Virus record (IMG/VR): IMGVR_UViG_3300025502_001035
Location: 1 to 24,865 of that record
DNA length: 24,865 nt
Strand: one strand, 5' to 3'
Source of the DNA: a virus
Taxonomy: Duplodnaviria > Caudoviricetes
Below are positions 7,126 to 16,196 of the stretch, one piece after another. The position numbers were made by a program, and so were the translations under genes. The notes under the pieces are model-generated. The model did no database searches and was not told the origin of the DNA. It saw nothing but the letters and a program-made list of their open reading frames with translations. Position 1 is the stretch's first letter. Each line of letters starts with the position of its first letter.

Positions 7126-7809
7126 ATGATAACAAATAAATTTGATTATAAAGAGTTAACTAGAACAACCACAGAACATCAACGGTTGTATCAATGTCCA
7201 GATGGTAATGCTGTTCCTAGTGTAACAACTATCTTAGATAAAACAAAATCAGCAGAAAAAACTAAAGCATTAGCAAATTGGCGTAGGAGCATAGGTGAAG
7301 CAAAAGCAACTGAAATAGTTACTGAAGCCGCCAACAGAGGAACACGTATGCACACTTACTTAGAAAATTATGTTCTAGGTGAAGAACTAAAAGAGACAGT
7401 GTCTAATCCTTATGCTCAACAGAGTCTAGACATGGCTAAGATTGTTATTAAAGAAGGTCTATCAAATGTAGATGAGTATTGGGGGACTGAAGTTGCTTTA
7501 TACTTTCCGGAAATTTATGCAGGTACAACTGACCTAGTAGGTGTACACAAAGGTGACGATGCAATACTTGATTTTAAACAATCAAACAAACCAAAGAAGC
7601 GTGAATGGATTGAAGATTACTTTCTTCAACTAGTAGCCTACGCAGAAGCACACAACGAAGTGTACGGAACTAATATACGCAAAGGTGTAGTACTGATGTG
7701 TACCAAGGACTATAAATACCAAGAGTTCATAACAGAAGGCGTAGAATGGGATATGTGGAAACAGAAATGGTGGGACCGGGTAGAGCAATACTATAAAAAA
7801 CATAGATGA
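7126..7809 (+). CDS. PD-(D/E)XK exonuclease (phage/MGME1-like)
   Basis: PSVTTIL, RGTRMH, E..., YAGTTD, ILDFKQS and LQLVAY motifs. Confidence 0.85.
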   Translation: MITNKFDYKELTRTTTEHQRLYQCPDGNAVPSVTTILDKTKSAEKTKALANWRRSIGEAKATEIVTEAANRGTRMHTYLENYVLGEELKETVSNPYAQQSLDMAKIVIKEGLSNVDEYWGTEVALYFPEIYAGTTDLVGVHKGDDAILDFKQSNKPKKREWIEDYFLQLVAYAEAHNEVYGTNIRKGVVLMCTKDYKYQEFITEGVEWDMWKQKWWDRVEQYYKKHR

Positions 7810-8330
7810 TTAAGTTTGCATTTGGGTGTAGTCACACTGCCGGAGTTGGTGTAGAATTACATGAGGCGTTTCCTAATCTTCTTAATGCAACTAACTACGG
7901 AGTTGAAGGAATCAGTGCTAACTTTCTTGCCAGACATCTAATAGAAAAAGTACAAGAACAAAAGCCAGATGTAATTTATATTCTTTGGCCTGATTGGTCC
8001 CGCTTTGAATATATAGATAACGACGGTAATACACAACAGTCACTTCCTACAGATACTAATCGAATTCATTTTATGGAAACTGCTACTGACGATTGGTTAA
8101 AGAGCAATTTTAAAAAAGTTGTTGATAGCGTGCATACCTATTGCGTAGATAACAAAATTACGTTGATAGATGCAACACTGTATGATCTTATACCGTTTAT
8201 TAATCATGCAGACAAATGGCCCGTATCTAAATTAGGACATCACTATAGCGAAATTTGGCATCAATGGGTAGCTGACATTTTTAATAACGCATTACAAAAT
8301 AATACAAGATTTCCACTTAATAATGAATAA
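7806..8330 (+). CDS. SGNH-like hypothetical protein
   Basis: FAFGCSHTAGVG, NYGVEGIS, ILWPDWSRFE and C-terminal GHH. Confidence 0.55.
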   Translation: MIKFAFGCSHTAGVGVELHEAFPNLLNATNYGVEGISANFLARHLIEKVQEQKPDVIYILWPDWSRFEYIDNDGNTQQSLPTDTNRIHFMETATDDWLKSNFKKVVDSVHTYCVDNKITLIDATLYDLIPFINHADKWPVSKLGHHYSEIWHQWVADIFNNALQNNTRFPLNNE

Positions 8331-8336
8331 ACATAA

Positions 8337-8696
8337 ATGATTGACATACTATTTGCTCTCGTCGTTAAACACTGTATAATTGATTTAGGATTACAGAGCC
8401 AACTCCTTGCCAACAAAACACATAAAAAAGTGTTTTATTTTGGATGTCACGAACATTATATACATCATGCTATAGGAACATTTGTAGCACTGTATTTTTT
8501 TACAGATATATCAATAGTACTATTAGCAAGTGTTATAGATTACCTAGCACACTGGCATATCGACTTTGCAAAACATAATCTAAATAATTGGTTAGAATAT
8601 ACTAGAAAAGATAAACTTTTTTGGTGGGTAGCAGTAGTTGATCAGTTGTTACATTTCTTAACTTACTATCTTTTGGTCCTCTATGTTATTTCCTAG
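8337..8696 (+). CDS. His-rich membrane protein (DUF3307-like)
   Basis: Hydrophobic helices with KHxxxD, HxxxH, HWHID and DQLLH motifs. Confidence 0.7.
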   Translation: MIDILFALVVKHCIIDLGLQSQLLANKTHKKVFYFGCHEHYIHHAIGTFVALYFFTDISIVLLASVIDYLAHWHIDFAKHNLNNWLEYTRKDKLFWWVAVVDQLLHFLTYYLLVLYVIS

Positions 8697-8703
8697 ATAA
8701 ATA
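8696..8703 (+). promoter_or_regulatory. putative late promoter GATAAATA
   Basis: Immediately upstream of a virion structural gene. Confidence 0.6.
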
Positions 8704-8731
8704 TACTGATAACAATGGAACTTTAAAAAAG

Positions 8732-10309
8732 ATGGCTACAGTACAAATCTCAAGAATACAGCATAGACAAGGTCTAGCAGAAAACTTACCTCAACTAGCA
8801 GGTGGTGAATTAGGCTGGAGTATAGATAATAGACAGTTATATATTGGTAACGGAACCATTGCAAATGGTGCACCGGTAGTTGGTAACACAGAGATACTAA
8901 CTCAATTCTCAGATATCGTTCAACTAGCAGATACTTACACATATAAAGGTGATGCCGCAGGATACACATCCAAGACAGGAGCATTAACAAGTACACCTGT
9001 AACAAGAACATTACAAGGTAAATTAGATGACTTTGTATCAGTAAAAGACTTTGGCGCAGTAGGTGACGGAGTTACAAATGATACACTTGCGATTAATAGA
9101 GCATTGTATGAAATATTCTGTCGTGAAGTAAACCCAGAAGTACGAAGAGGCTTGTATTTTCCAGCAGGAACATATCTAACAAATGATACAATATTAATTC
9201 CACCTTATGCTAAGATATGGGGAGAAGGAATGCACTCAACAGTGATCAAACTAGATGTTGATCCATCGAGTACTATTGCAACATATATGGCTAGAACAAC
9301 AGACAGTCTACAACAAACAGGAATTAACATTGGTACTAACTCAGCAATAACACCTAAGAATGTTGAAATATCATCACTGACATTTGAAGCCGCTGAGATT
9401 ACTAATATCTTTTTAGTAGAATCAATTGATCAAATGTATTTTGATTCAGTAGGTTTTAAAGGAACACTAACATCCGCAGATTTAAATGTAGCTACAGATG
9501 ATGCAAGTTGTGTACGAGTTAATGGAACAAGTGCAAACATTTCACGTGCAGTAACATTTGATAAATGTGCATTTACTAATATGACTTACGCATTTAAAAT
9601 TGATGAACGTTGTCAAGGATGGACAGTAAGTAACTCAAAATTTGAAACACTATACAATGGTGTAGTTTTAGGTACTTCACTAGTTGACGGTGGACCAGTC
9701 GGCTTCCGTACAGTACATAACTTCTTTGATGAAATTTATGGTTCAGCAATTGTTTATGATCTAGTTAGCACTTGTGCTACTGCTCATAACATATTCTTAG
9801 ATAATTGTGGTAAACAATTCGGTGCAAGTCCACAGGTACCAGTAATTGATTTTAATACTAATAATAATATATCAATTGGTGATATGTTTGAACGTAGTGA
9901 TGCTGATAGTTTAACATTCCCAAGAATTGATGTAGGCACAACAACATCAATTGGTTTAGACAATACTAAACAAATTCAGTTAGGTAGTTTTGTTCGTGAA
10001 AGTGGTAAAACTGCTACACTAACAGATAATACAGCAGTTGCGGCATCAGTATTCACAGTGGCATCTGGAGATATAACAGCTTGGTCAATGGATTATACTA
10101 TAACAAGAGGATCTAACATAAGACATGGTAAAATGGCAGTACGCAATGCGTCTTCTCCGAGTTACTCAGATGAATATGTTGAAGATGCATCAACAGGTGT
10201 TACCTTAACAGTTGTTAATACATCAGGCACAACATATGCTTTGCAATATGTATCAACTAGTACAGGTAGTAACGCTACATTAACTTACAGTCTAACACAG
10301 TTAGGATAG
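8732..10309 (+). CDS. virion tail/baseplate protein with pectate-lyase-like beta-helix domain
   Basis: N-terminal LAGGELGWSIDNRQLYIGNG tail-fibre-type motif; SVKDFGAVGDGVTNDTLAINRA...LYFPAGTY beta-helix entry motif; Thr/Ser-rich. Confidence 0.8.
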   Translation: MATVQISRIQHRQGLAENLPQLAGGELGWSIDNRQLYIGNGTIANGAPVVGNTEILTQFSDIVQLADTYTYKGDAAGYTSKTGALTSTPVTRTLQGKLDDFVSVKDFGAVGDGVTNDTLAINRALYEIFCREVNPEVRRGLYFPAGTYLTNDTILIPPYAKIWGEGMHSTVIKLDVDPSSTIATYMARTTDSLQQTGINIGTNSAITPKNVEISSLTFEAAEITNIFLVESIDQMYFDSVGFKGTLTSADLNVATDDASCVRVNGTSANISRAVTFDKCAFTNMTYAFKIDERCQGWTVSNSKFETLYNGVVLGTSLVDGGPVGFRTVHNFFDEIYGSAIVYDLVSTCATAHNIFLDNCGKQFGASPQVPVIDFNTNNNISIGDMFERSDADSLTFPRIDVGTTTSIGLDNTKQIQLGSFVRESGKTATLTDNTAVAASVFTVASGDITAWSMDYTITRGSNIRHGKMAVRNASSPSYSDEYVEDASTGVTLTVVNTSGTTYALQYVSTSTGSNATLTYSLTQLG

Positions 10310-10310
10310 T

Positions 10311-10748
10311 ATGTGGCCCGTCGGCTATGAAGAACGGCTCCAATCCTGGGTTCAACTCAGACAAGATTGTGAAAACAAATCCCTTAAAGCACAACTTAAC
10401 CAAATAGCAGGATGGTGGGGTCATGCTCCTCGAGTAAAAAATGTATTACATTGGCAGGATAAAACAACCTGGCCAACCCCCTGGGAACTTTTGGCAGATA
10501 ATAACTTCGATGAGCTTGCTATTTCCTTAGGAATGTCATATACTTTATTGATGCTAGAAAGTAATAATACCACAGTTGAGATTGTACAAGCAAAGGACAT
10601 CTCCGCTAACGAGTATAATTTAGTTATGGTTGACAATCAGAAATATATACTTAATTATGATCCGTGGTTAGCAATAAATAGCGAGCAGGTAGATTTTAAA
10701 ATATTAAATACAGTTGGCAGTGATCAACTATTACAAAAAATAGGATAG
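10311..10748 (+). CDS. hypothetical phage protein
   Basis: 145-aa Trp-rich ORF (WPTPWELL) packed between the tail gene and nrdA. Confidence 0.75.
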   Translation: MWPVGYEERLQSWVQLRQDCENKSLKAQLNQIAGWWGHAPRVKNVLHWQDKTTWPTPWELLADNNFDELAISLGMSYTLLMLESNNTTVEIVQAKDISANEYNLVMVDNQKYILNYDPWLAINSEQVDFKILNTVGSDQLLQKIG

Positions 10749-10750
10749 AG

Positions 10751-13054
10751 ATGGCAGAGATTATAGTTACTAAAAGAGACGGAAGTAAAGAACCTTTAAA
10801 CATCGAAAAACTGCACAAAGTTGTAATGTGGGCATGTGAAGGTACCACAGGTGTATCAGCCAGTGAAGTTGAGATTAAAAGTCACTTACAATTTTACAAT
10901 GGTATTAAATCGTCAGACATTCAGGAAACTGTTATTAAGTCTGCCGCTGATTTAATAACAGAAGATACTCCTAACTATCAACATGTTGCTGGTAGATTAA
11001 TTAGTTATCATATTCGTAAAGATGTATATGCACAGTTTGATCCTTGGCATATTACAAAATTAGTTAAACAAAATATTGAACTTGGTCTGTATGATCCTCA
11101 TCTATTAGAAGATTACACAGAAGATGAATGGGACCAAATTAATTCATATATTAAGCACAATCGTGATGAAATGCTAACGTATGTTGCTATGGAACAATTC
11201 CGTGGTAAGTACCTCGTACAAAATCGAGTTACAGGACAAATATACGAAAGCCCACAAATGACATATATGTTAATAGCAGTAACGTTATTTTCAACTTATG
11301 CAAGAAGCTCTAGATTACAATACGTTAAAGATTATTATGACGCAATATCAACTCATCAGATAAGTTTACCTACTCCTGTAATGGCAGGCGTAAGAACTAG
11401 TCAACGACAGTTTAGTTCATGTGTACTAATTGAAACAGATGACAGTTTAGATTCTATTAATGCCACAGCGGCGAGTATTGTTAGGTATGTGTCACAGAAA
11501 GCAGGTATTGGTGTAAATGCAGGTCGAATTAGAGCTATTAAAAGTCCTATTAGGAAAGGCGATGCTTACCATACTGGTGTTATCCCATTCTTTAAATTAT
11601 TTCAGGCGGCAACACGATCGTGTTCACAAGGTGGGGTAAGGAATGGCGCGGCAACCTTGTACTATCCTATATGGCATTTAGAAGTAGAGGACTTATTAGT
11701 ACTTAAAAACAACAAAGGTACAGATGATAATCGTGTTCGTCATATGGATTATGGTGTGCAGTTTAATAAATTAATGTATGAAAGATTGTTAGCAGGTGGA
11801 GACATAACGTTATTCTCACCACATGATGTTCCGGGTATGTATGATGCGTTCTTCCAAGATCAAGATAAGTTTAAAGAACTATATGAAACTGCAGAACGTA
11901 ATACAAAAATTCGTAAGAAAACATTAAAAGCAATTGATTTGTTTAGTTCATTTATACAAGAACGTAAAGATACAGGTAGGATATATTTACAAAATGTTGA
12001 TCATGCTAACACACACGGGTCGTTTGACCCTAAAGTAGCACCAATTAGACAAAGTAACTTATGTTGCGAAATTAATTTACCAACCAAACCGTTAAACGAT
12101 TTAAATGATCCCGATGGTGAAATAGCATTATGTACATTAAGTGCTATTAATTGGGGTGCATTCAGAGCTCCGGAAGAGATGGAAAAGGCGTGCGGGCTTG
12201 CTGTGCGAGGATTAGACGCCCTTTTAACCTATCAGAACTATCCAGTACTAGCGGCCAGAATGGCTACAGAAAACAGGCGACCTTTAGGTGTAGGCATTAT
12301 TAATTTGGCATATTGGTTAGCAAAGAATGACTTTACATACAGTGATCCTGGTTGCTTACCTGAATTAGATCGATGGGCACAGCACTGGTCATATTACCTG
12401 ATTAAAGCATCTGCAGACTTAGCAGAAGAATATGGTGCTTGTCCTAAATCAGATGAAACTAAATATCATCATGGTATATTACCGGTTGACACATATAAAC
12501 GAGATGTCGACGAGCTAGTACCACACAAAGATCTAGTTGATTGGTCTGGATTGCGTAAGCAACTTAAGAAGACTGGTATACGTAACTCAACACTAATGGC
12601 ACTAATGCCAGCAGAGACATCTGCACAAATTAGTAACTCAACAAACGGTGTAGAACCTCCACGTAGCTATATTAGTATTAAGCAAAGTAAACACGGAGCG
12701 TTAACACAAGTAGTACCTGAGTTTAGAAGATTGAAAAACAAATACGAACTATTGTGGGATCAGAAGTCTCCAATAGGGTATTTGAAGATAATGGCTGTAC
12801 TCCAAAAATATATTGACCAAGGAATATCGGTAAATACTTCTTACAATCCAGAGCATTATGAGGATGAAAAGATCCCAATGAGTGAGCTGTTACAACACGT
12901 TATTATGTTTTATAAATACGGTGGCAAGCAGTTATACTACAACAACACACACGATGGTCAAGGCGAAATTGATATTGACCGTGATGTAAAAGATAGTGTC
13001 GAATTTAATGAAAGTGACCTGGATGATGCAGACTGCGATAGTTGTAAACTTTAA
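10751..13054 (+). CDS. nrdA: ribonucleotide reductase class Ia alpha subunit
   Basis: ATP cone (VTKRDG), TPVMAG, FSSCVL, SNLCCEI, LYY and C-terminal CDSC. Confidence 0.98.
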   Translation: MAEIIVTKRDGSKEPLNIEKLHKVVMWACEGTTGVSASEVEIKSHLQFYNGIKSSDIQETVIKSAADLITEDTPNYQHVAGRLISYHIRKDVYAQFDPWHITKLVKQNIELGLYDPHLLEDYTEDEWDQINSYIKHNRDEMLTYVAMEQFRGKYLVQNRVTGQIYESPQMTYMLIAVTLFSTYARSSRLQYVKDYYDAISTHQISLPTPVMAGVRTSQRQFSSCVLIETDDSLDSINATAASIVRYVSQKAGIGVNAGRIRAIKSPIRKGDAYHTGVIPFFKLFQAATRSCSQGGVRNGAATLYYPIWHLEVEDLLVLKNNKGTDDNRVRHMDYGVQFNKLMYERLLAGGDITLFSPHDVPGMYDAFFQDQDKFKELYETAERNTKIRKKTLKAIDLFSSFIQERKDTGRIYLQNVDHANTHGSFDPKVAPIRQSNLCCEINLPTKPLNDLNDPDGEIALCTLSAINWGAFRAPEEMEKACGLAVRGLDALLTYQNYPVLAARMATENRRPLGVGIINLAYWLAKNDFTYSDPGCLPELDRWAQHWSYYLIKASADLAEEYGACPKSDETKYHHGILPVDTYKRDVDELVPHKDLVDWSGLRKQLKKTGIRNSTLMALMPAETSAQISNSTNGVEPPRSYISIKQSKHGALTQVVPEFRRLKNKYELLWDQKSPIGYLKIMAVLQKYIDQGISVNTSYNPEHYEDEKIPMSELLQHVIMFYKYGGKQLYYNNTHDGQGEIDIDRDVKDSVEFNESDLDDADCDSCKL

Positions 13055-13078
13055 ATAACCACAATAAGAATATACTAC

Positions 13079-14200
13079 ATGAGCGTTCTAAATACAAAAA
13101 CAAATCATCTTAAGAGCCTAGCATTTCTTGACAAAAGCGGTGGCCGTGGCATACAAAGATATGATACCCTGAAATATAAACAGTTTGATAAATTAACTGA
13201 TCGCCAGTTAGGTTTCTTTTGGCGGCCAGAAGAAGTAGATGTAATGCGTGATAGTAAAGACTTTAAAGATCTTACACCGTATGAACAACACATCTTTACT
13301 AGTAATCTGAAACGTCAAATACTGTTAGATAGTGTTCAAGGACGTTCACCTAACTTAGCCCTATTACCTCTTGTTAGTTTACCAGAGATCGAAACCTGGA
13401 TTCAGACCTGGGCATTTAACGAAACAATTCATTCACGTTCGTACACACACATTATACGTAATGTATTTGCTGACCCATCAAAAGTATTTGATGAAATGAT
13501 GAACATTGAAGAAATAATTAATTGTGGAACTGAAGTTACTAGATATTATGACGACTTAATTGAATATGGATCTTGGTATAACTTACTAGGTGAAGGAGTT
13601 CATACAGTAAATGGTAAGAAAATTACAGTCGATCGTTACGAACTTAAGAAGAAACTATGGTTATGTATCAATTCAGTTAATGCGTTAGAAGGAATACGCT
13701 TTTATGTTTCATTTGCATGTTCGTGGGCATTTGCTGAACTTAAGAAAATGGAAGGCAATGCTAAAATTATTAAACTAATTGCACGTGACGAAAATGTACA
13801 TTTAGCATCAACACAGCATATGTTAAAAATGTTACCACAAGATGACAAAGACTATATTAAAATTAAAAAAGAATGTGAACAAGAAGTAGTTGATATATTT
13901 AGAACTGCTGTTGAACAAGAAGGAGCATGGGCTAGTTACTTGTTTAAAGATGGATCAATGATTGGTCTTAACGAAGAACTACTAAAAGACTATGTAGAAT
14001 GGATAGCATCAAAACGTATGAGTAGTATAGGACTTCCTCAAATTTATAAAGGTGGTTCTAACCCTCTTCCGTGGACACAGAAATGGATAGCAGGTGGTGA
14101 TGTACAGGTGGCCCCTCAGCAAACTCAAATATCCTCATACACAATTGGAGCTGTCAAACAAGATGTTTCTAAAGACACATTTAAAGGACTTAGTTTATAA
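13079..14200 (+). CDS. nrdB: ribonucleotide reductase class Ia beta subunit
   Basis: FFWRPEEV, LDSVQG, ETIHSRSY (radical Tyr), EGIRFYVSF and RDENVH. Confidence 0.98.
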   Translation: MSVLNTKTNHLKSLAFLDKSGGRGIQRYDTLKYKQFDKLTDRQLGFFWRPEEVDVMRDSKDFKDLTPYEQHIFTSNLKRQILLDSVQGRSPNLALLPLVSLPEIETWIQTWAFNETIHSRSYTHIIRNVFADPSKVFDEMMNIEEIINCGTEVTRYYDDLIEYGSWYNLLGEGVHTVNGKKITVDRYELKKKLWLCINSVNALEGIRFYVSFACSWAFAELKKMEGNAKIIKLIARDENVHLASTQHMLKMLPQDDKDYIKIKKECEQEVVDIFRTAVEQEGAWASYLFKDGSMIGLNEELLKDYVEWIASKRMSSIGLPQIYKGGSNPLPWTQKWIAGGDVQVAPQQTQISSYTIGAVKQDVSKDTFKGLSL

Positions 14201-15349
14201 ATGTGGAATAACCCAGATACAATTGACAATGAAATTATATCTATGGCAAAAGATCTCAAATGTAATTGGATAGGAGCAGTTAAAGTTGACGCACAGTCTG
14301 CATACGAGTATAATAACTGCCACAACAATGTTAGAATACACTCTAGTATATATGGGGGTAAGGAAGTAGTTGGCTATTATTTTGTGAAAGGGTTTAATGT
14401 TGTACAAGCTATAAGACATAGTGTATGGGAAGACAACACGTTAGTAGATGTCACCCCATACAAGGATAACAGAGAACATATTATTTTTGCATTAAGTGTA
14501 GACCAATCTAACGATTACTCGATACCTAACTGTTACTCTCAGTCTCTTTCTAAATACTTAGAACAGGAGAGTGAGAGCATGTATTATGTATATCAAATAG
14601 TAGATCCGAGAAACAACCAACCATTTTATATCGGCAAAGGTACAGGTAACAGAGCATCAACACATTTACGGACTGTGCCTGACACTAGAAATGTGTACAA
14701 AGAAAATAAAATCGCTAGTATAAGAAAGTCCGGAGTAGAACCAGTAATTGAATATATCGCTGAAAACATATTAGACGAGAAATTAGCGTATGATATTGAG
14801 GCTACTGTAATTAAAAAGTATGGTAGAAAAGGATATGACAAGAATGGCATATTAACTAATATATGCCCTGACGCTCGCCCACCTAATCACAAAGGTAAAA
14901 CATACGAAGAAATATACGGGGTTAATAAAGCAAAGCAACAACGAGAATTAAGATCACGCCTCCAGAAAGAGAGAGGTGGGTATGGTCCTAAACAACATAG
15001 CATCGAAACACGAAAACGATTTAGTGAATTAAATTCTGGCACCGGAAACCCAATGTACGGTAAAACACAGAAAGAAAGTACTAAGGCGTTAATTAGCGAA
15101 AAAGCAAAGTTGCTTGTCGGCAAAAAAAATAAAAATAGCCACACTTACAGACTAACATCTCCAATTGGGGATGAGCACATATTATACGGCGGAGAAGCCG
15201 CTGATTTCTGTAAAACACATAATTTAAGTTGGAGTACTCTTAAAATGCAAATTGAAAAGAAATGGGGTATTCCAAAAAAAGGCAAAACTAAAGGGTGGAG
15301 GTTAGAAGATTTAACGGCTCCTACAATATTTAAAGGATTTAGTCTATAA
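14201..15349 (+). CDS. GIY-YIG (LEM-3-like)/NUMOD3 homing endonuclease with an in-frame 126-aa N-terminal domain; probable internal start at 14579
   Basis: YYVYQIVDPRNNQPFYIGKGTGNR; NUMOD3-like KQHSIETRKRFSE and GNPMYGKTQKESTKALISEK; AGGAGA RBS before ATG 14579. Confidence 0.85.
   Translation: MWNNPDTIDNEIISMAKDLKCNWIGAVKVDAQSAYEYNNCHNNVRIHSSIYGGKEVVGYYFVKGFNVVQAIRHSVWEDNTLVDVTPYKDNREHIIFALSVDQSNDYSIPNCYSQSLSKYLEQESESMYYVYQIVDPRNNQPFYIGKGTGNRASTHLRTVPDTRNVYKENKIASIRKSGVEPVIEYIAENILDEKLAYDIEATVIKKYGRKGYDKNGILTNICPDARPPNHKGKTYEEIYGVNKAKQQRELRSRLQKERGGYGPKQHSIETRKRFSELNSGTGNPMYGKTQKESTKALISEKAKLLVGKKNKNSHTYRLTSPIGDEHILYGGEAADFCKTHNLSWSTLKMQIEKKWGIPKKGKTKGWRLEDLTAPTIFKGFSL
14536..14577 (+). promoter_or_regulatory. 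RBS-sequestering hairpin with late-promoter motif TAAATA (14551-14556) at its apex
   Basis: CTCTCA.TCTCT.TTCTAA pairs with TTAGAA..GGAGA.TGAGAG (17 bp, one G-U). Confidence 0.75.
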
Positions 15350-15594
15350 TGTTAACAATGTATTCAAAAACAAACTGCCCGTATTGCGACAAAGCAAAAG
15401 CATTTTTAGAAAATAAAGGTATAGAGTTCCGTATAGTTAAGATTGACGAGAATGAAACAGCAAGAGAATTTTTAATGCAACAAGGGTTTAAGAGTGTCCC
15501 CCAAATATTTAATGATAAAGAATTATTCGTCGAGGGTGGGTTTCAAGGGCTAATTAAGTTAACAGACGCCGAATTAACTAATAAACTAGGATAA
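15349..15594 (+). CDS. glutaredoxin
   Basis: CPYC active site, SVPQIF and VEGGF. Confidence 0.93.
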   Translation: MLTMYSKTNCPYCDKAKAFLENKGIEFRIVKIDENETAREFLMQQGFKSVPQIFNDKELFVEGGFQGLIKLTDAELTNKLG

Positions 15595-15596
15595 AA

Positions 15597-15899
15597 ATGA
15601 ATATTACAGCAAACAGCATTTACACATTTAAACTGAATTCAGGCGAGGAAATGGTCACAAAAGTGTTAGAAGTAGAAGACACATTTTTTCTAATAGAAAA
15701 GCCTGTATCAATAGCCCCAGGGAAAAACGGTATGCAAATGATTCCAAGTGCATTTACTATGGAATTGGAAAAACCAGTAAGACTAAATATTAGTGCAGTA
15801 ACAATGATTTTTGAAACTAACCCTGAAGTACAAGCTAGTTATAAAACAGCAACAACAGGTATAGTTCAACCAACAGAAAAGAGAATTTTACAAGGATAA
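15597..15899 (+). CDS. conserved-type phage hypothetical protein (KLxSGEE motif, possibly Sm-like fold)
   Basis: FKLNSGEEMV N-terminus and TTGIV C-terminus. Confidence 0.7.
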   Translation: MNITANSIYTFKLNSGEEMVTKVLEVEDTFFLIEKPVSIAPGKNGMQMIPSAFTMELEKPVRLNISAVTMIFETNPEVQASYKTATTGIVQPTEKRILQG

Positions 15900-15902
15900 A
15901 CA

Positions 15903-16190
15903 ATGGCCGGAGTTGTACGTAGAGGTGATATAAACTGGGCAGGCGGATTGGCCATCGATGCAAGCACGACTGTGCTAGTTAATGGTAGGGGAGTAGTATA
16001 CCCAGGTAGTCGTGTGACTCCTCACCCATGTTGTGGGGCAAAAGGGTGCGATATTCACTGTACGGCTGTAGTAGTAGGTCCAGGCAGTTCAACAGTACTA
16101 GTTGAAGGCAAACGTGTAATACGCCAAGGCGAATACGATTTATGTGGCCACACTAGAGCAACAGCTAGTTTTGACGTGATCTGTGGGTAA
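15903..16190 (+). CDS. PAAR-like spike-tip protein (T4 gp5.4-like)
   Basis: RRGD, STTVLVNG, GSSTVLVEGK..IRQGE..CGH repeats with Cys/His ligands; CTAAATA at 15783-15789 upstream. Confidence 0.8.
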   Translation: MAGVVRRGDINWAGGLAIDASTTVLVNGRGVVYPGSRVTPHPCCGAKGCDIHCTAVVVGPGSSTVLVEGKRVIRQGEYDLCGHTRATASFDVICG

Positions 16191-16196
16191 TTAAGA

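Larger units (their letters stand above)
14179..15349 (+). mobile_element. free-standing homing-endonuclease cassette flanked by a duplicated nrdB 3' end
   Basis: ATTTAAAGGA(C/T)TTAGT(T/C)TATAA at 14179-14200 and 15328-15349 (20/22 identical). Confidence 0.75.

Noticed and set aside
7126-7809. Cas4/CRISPR association of the PD-(D/E)XK nuclease
   Set aside because: It lacks the Cas4 four-Cys pattern, and no cas genes or repeat-spacer array are visible.
12170-12290. Locally GC-richer patch in nrdA as a recombinant tract
   Set aside because: It is too short to separate from the Ala/Gly/Arg-rich amino-acid content without an alignment.
10751-14200. Intron or intein in nrdA/nrdB
   Set aside because: Both ORFs are continuous and of normal class Ia length; the endonuclease lies after the nrdB stop.
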